A stretch of 63,613 bases of DNA, the filler included, from Olpidium bornovanus S191 (Eukaryota; Fungi; Olpidiomycota), in the NCBI GenBank assembly GCA_017911155.1. It is 28 parts of 28 records of this genome, joined end to end, with 100 filler letters (N's around TTAATTAATTAA, not from the genome) between each part and the next. Parts side by side here need not be neighbours in the genome. Positions count along the whole stretch, not along the records: positions 62,237 to 63,613 come from JAEFCI010002144.1; 27 more parts are not named here. One strand, 5' to 3'. Below the pieces are notes generated by a model. That model saw only the letters and a program-made list of their open reading frames with translations. It made no database searches and was not told the origin of the DNA. Of this stretch, positions 62,636 through 63,613 are shown in pieces; within the stretch, counting starts at the first letter, position 1, and the number at the start of each line of letters is the position of its first letter. Made by a program: the position numbers and the translations under genes.

Positions 62636-63613
62636 GACGAACGCGGGCAAATCCACGTTCACTGCCGCGAGAATCTAAAGGAGGATGTTTTCGCAACGGG
62701 ATTTTGTGAATATCGGAGCCTGCACCATTTGGAAAACGAAGGAGGTAACATTTTTGTGCCACGTATTATCCGGCCTCGCACTCTATATCTTGCGGTACAC
62801 CCACGGGCGTGCCTGATACACGCTTTAACGCGAGAAACAACCCGCCTGGGACCCCTTATCCCACGAGAACCTGGTCGCCCCCCTGTTGGTCGCCTGTTTG
62901 CAACAGTTCGCTCGCGCGGCTCTGCGTCATGCCTCATTTATTTTTTGACCGTAGCGGGAGGGAGCAAGACCCAGCCCGCCGTCGCTGGGTAGCACAGCAA
63001 TCGGGGAGTCCCCCTTCCCGGTCCGGTCTGCGGGGTTGTTCTGTACAGTACTTTGTACTGCTGGCTTGGGCAATTTGAGATAGCAGTATAGAGTACTACA
63101 TATTTGTTCACTTATACTATATATAATAGTGCTATATTTATAAATTATATTATAATTGCAAAAGGATCGCTCCGCCCACGCTTAAGCCGACCGGGCTTTT
63201 TGTTGCAGCGTCGGACAGCTGGGCGAGGATGGTTGGTCAGCCGCAACCGAGATTTGAGAGGGTGGTCGGCAACGCGAAGTCGGTTTCGGATGAGTCGGTC
63301 GCGCGGAGTCGGAACTGGGGCAATCCTCCATCTGCCGCTCTCGTTCTCGGTCGGTCCTTCCTGCAAAAAATGATCACGTAAGGTTTTTTTTTTCTTTTCT
63401 TTTTCTTTTTCTTCCGTTTTTTTTTTTTTCTAAATTTTGCAAAAACCGATGCGAGAGAGAGAGAGAACACAGACATCCGCGCTCGAGGCCGGCGGCAACA
63501 CCCGATCTCGTTAAGCTCCCCTCGCTGTCTGATCCGCAGCGCAGGAGAACACCATAACAAAACGTCAAAAAAGCGCACTCGCGTTCCTCGAGCGGCCCGG
63601 CCACATTCTCATG

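Overview
This is not one continuous locus. It is 28 short contigs (about 1-6 kb) joined by 27 artificial 100-nt spacers (N44-TTAATTAATTAA-N44, stops in all six frames), so adjacency across spacers means nothing. The source is a GC-rich, intron-rich eukaryote. Fungal-type genes (Gvp36, Cac1, Crt10, Efm3, Yeh/Tgl lipase) occur with centriole/cilium genes (CEP43/FOP, CCDC17-like), pointing to a zoosporic early-diverging fungus; Olpidium-like is my inference only. Genes reconstructed by hand from splice sites, mostly partial: Gvp36 BAR protein, CAF-1 large subunit, ZPR1-like, glycogenin, TAF13, METTL16, DH-PH RhoGEF, secreted metallophosphoesterase, TBC GAP, CRT10-like, CEP43, histone H4, CCT2, an EF-hand protein, CCDC17-like, EFM3/EEF2KMT, an AAA-ATPase tail, a divergent H2B, a Pro-rich type I membrane protein and a sterol esterase/lipase. 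There are also tRNA-Glu(CTC), tRNA-Asp(GTC), a tRNA-like element and several decayed Ty1/Copia fragments. Top candidates for novelty: (1) a complete small gene for a secreted precursor with seven X-Pro dipeptides and a 56-aa Gly/Lys/Tyr peptide resembling wet-adhesive or cement proteins; (2) a divergent H2B with a long tail carrying tandem H3-like ARKS motifs and a KEN box, lacking the ubiquitinated lysine; (3) an unknown protein with about 11 copies of a helical motif; (4) a 630-bp diverged palindrome. No searches were run; family calls rest on recalled motifs.
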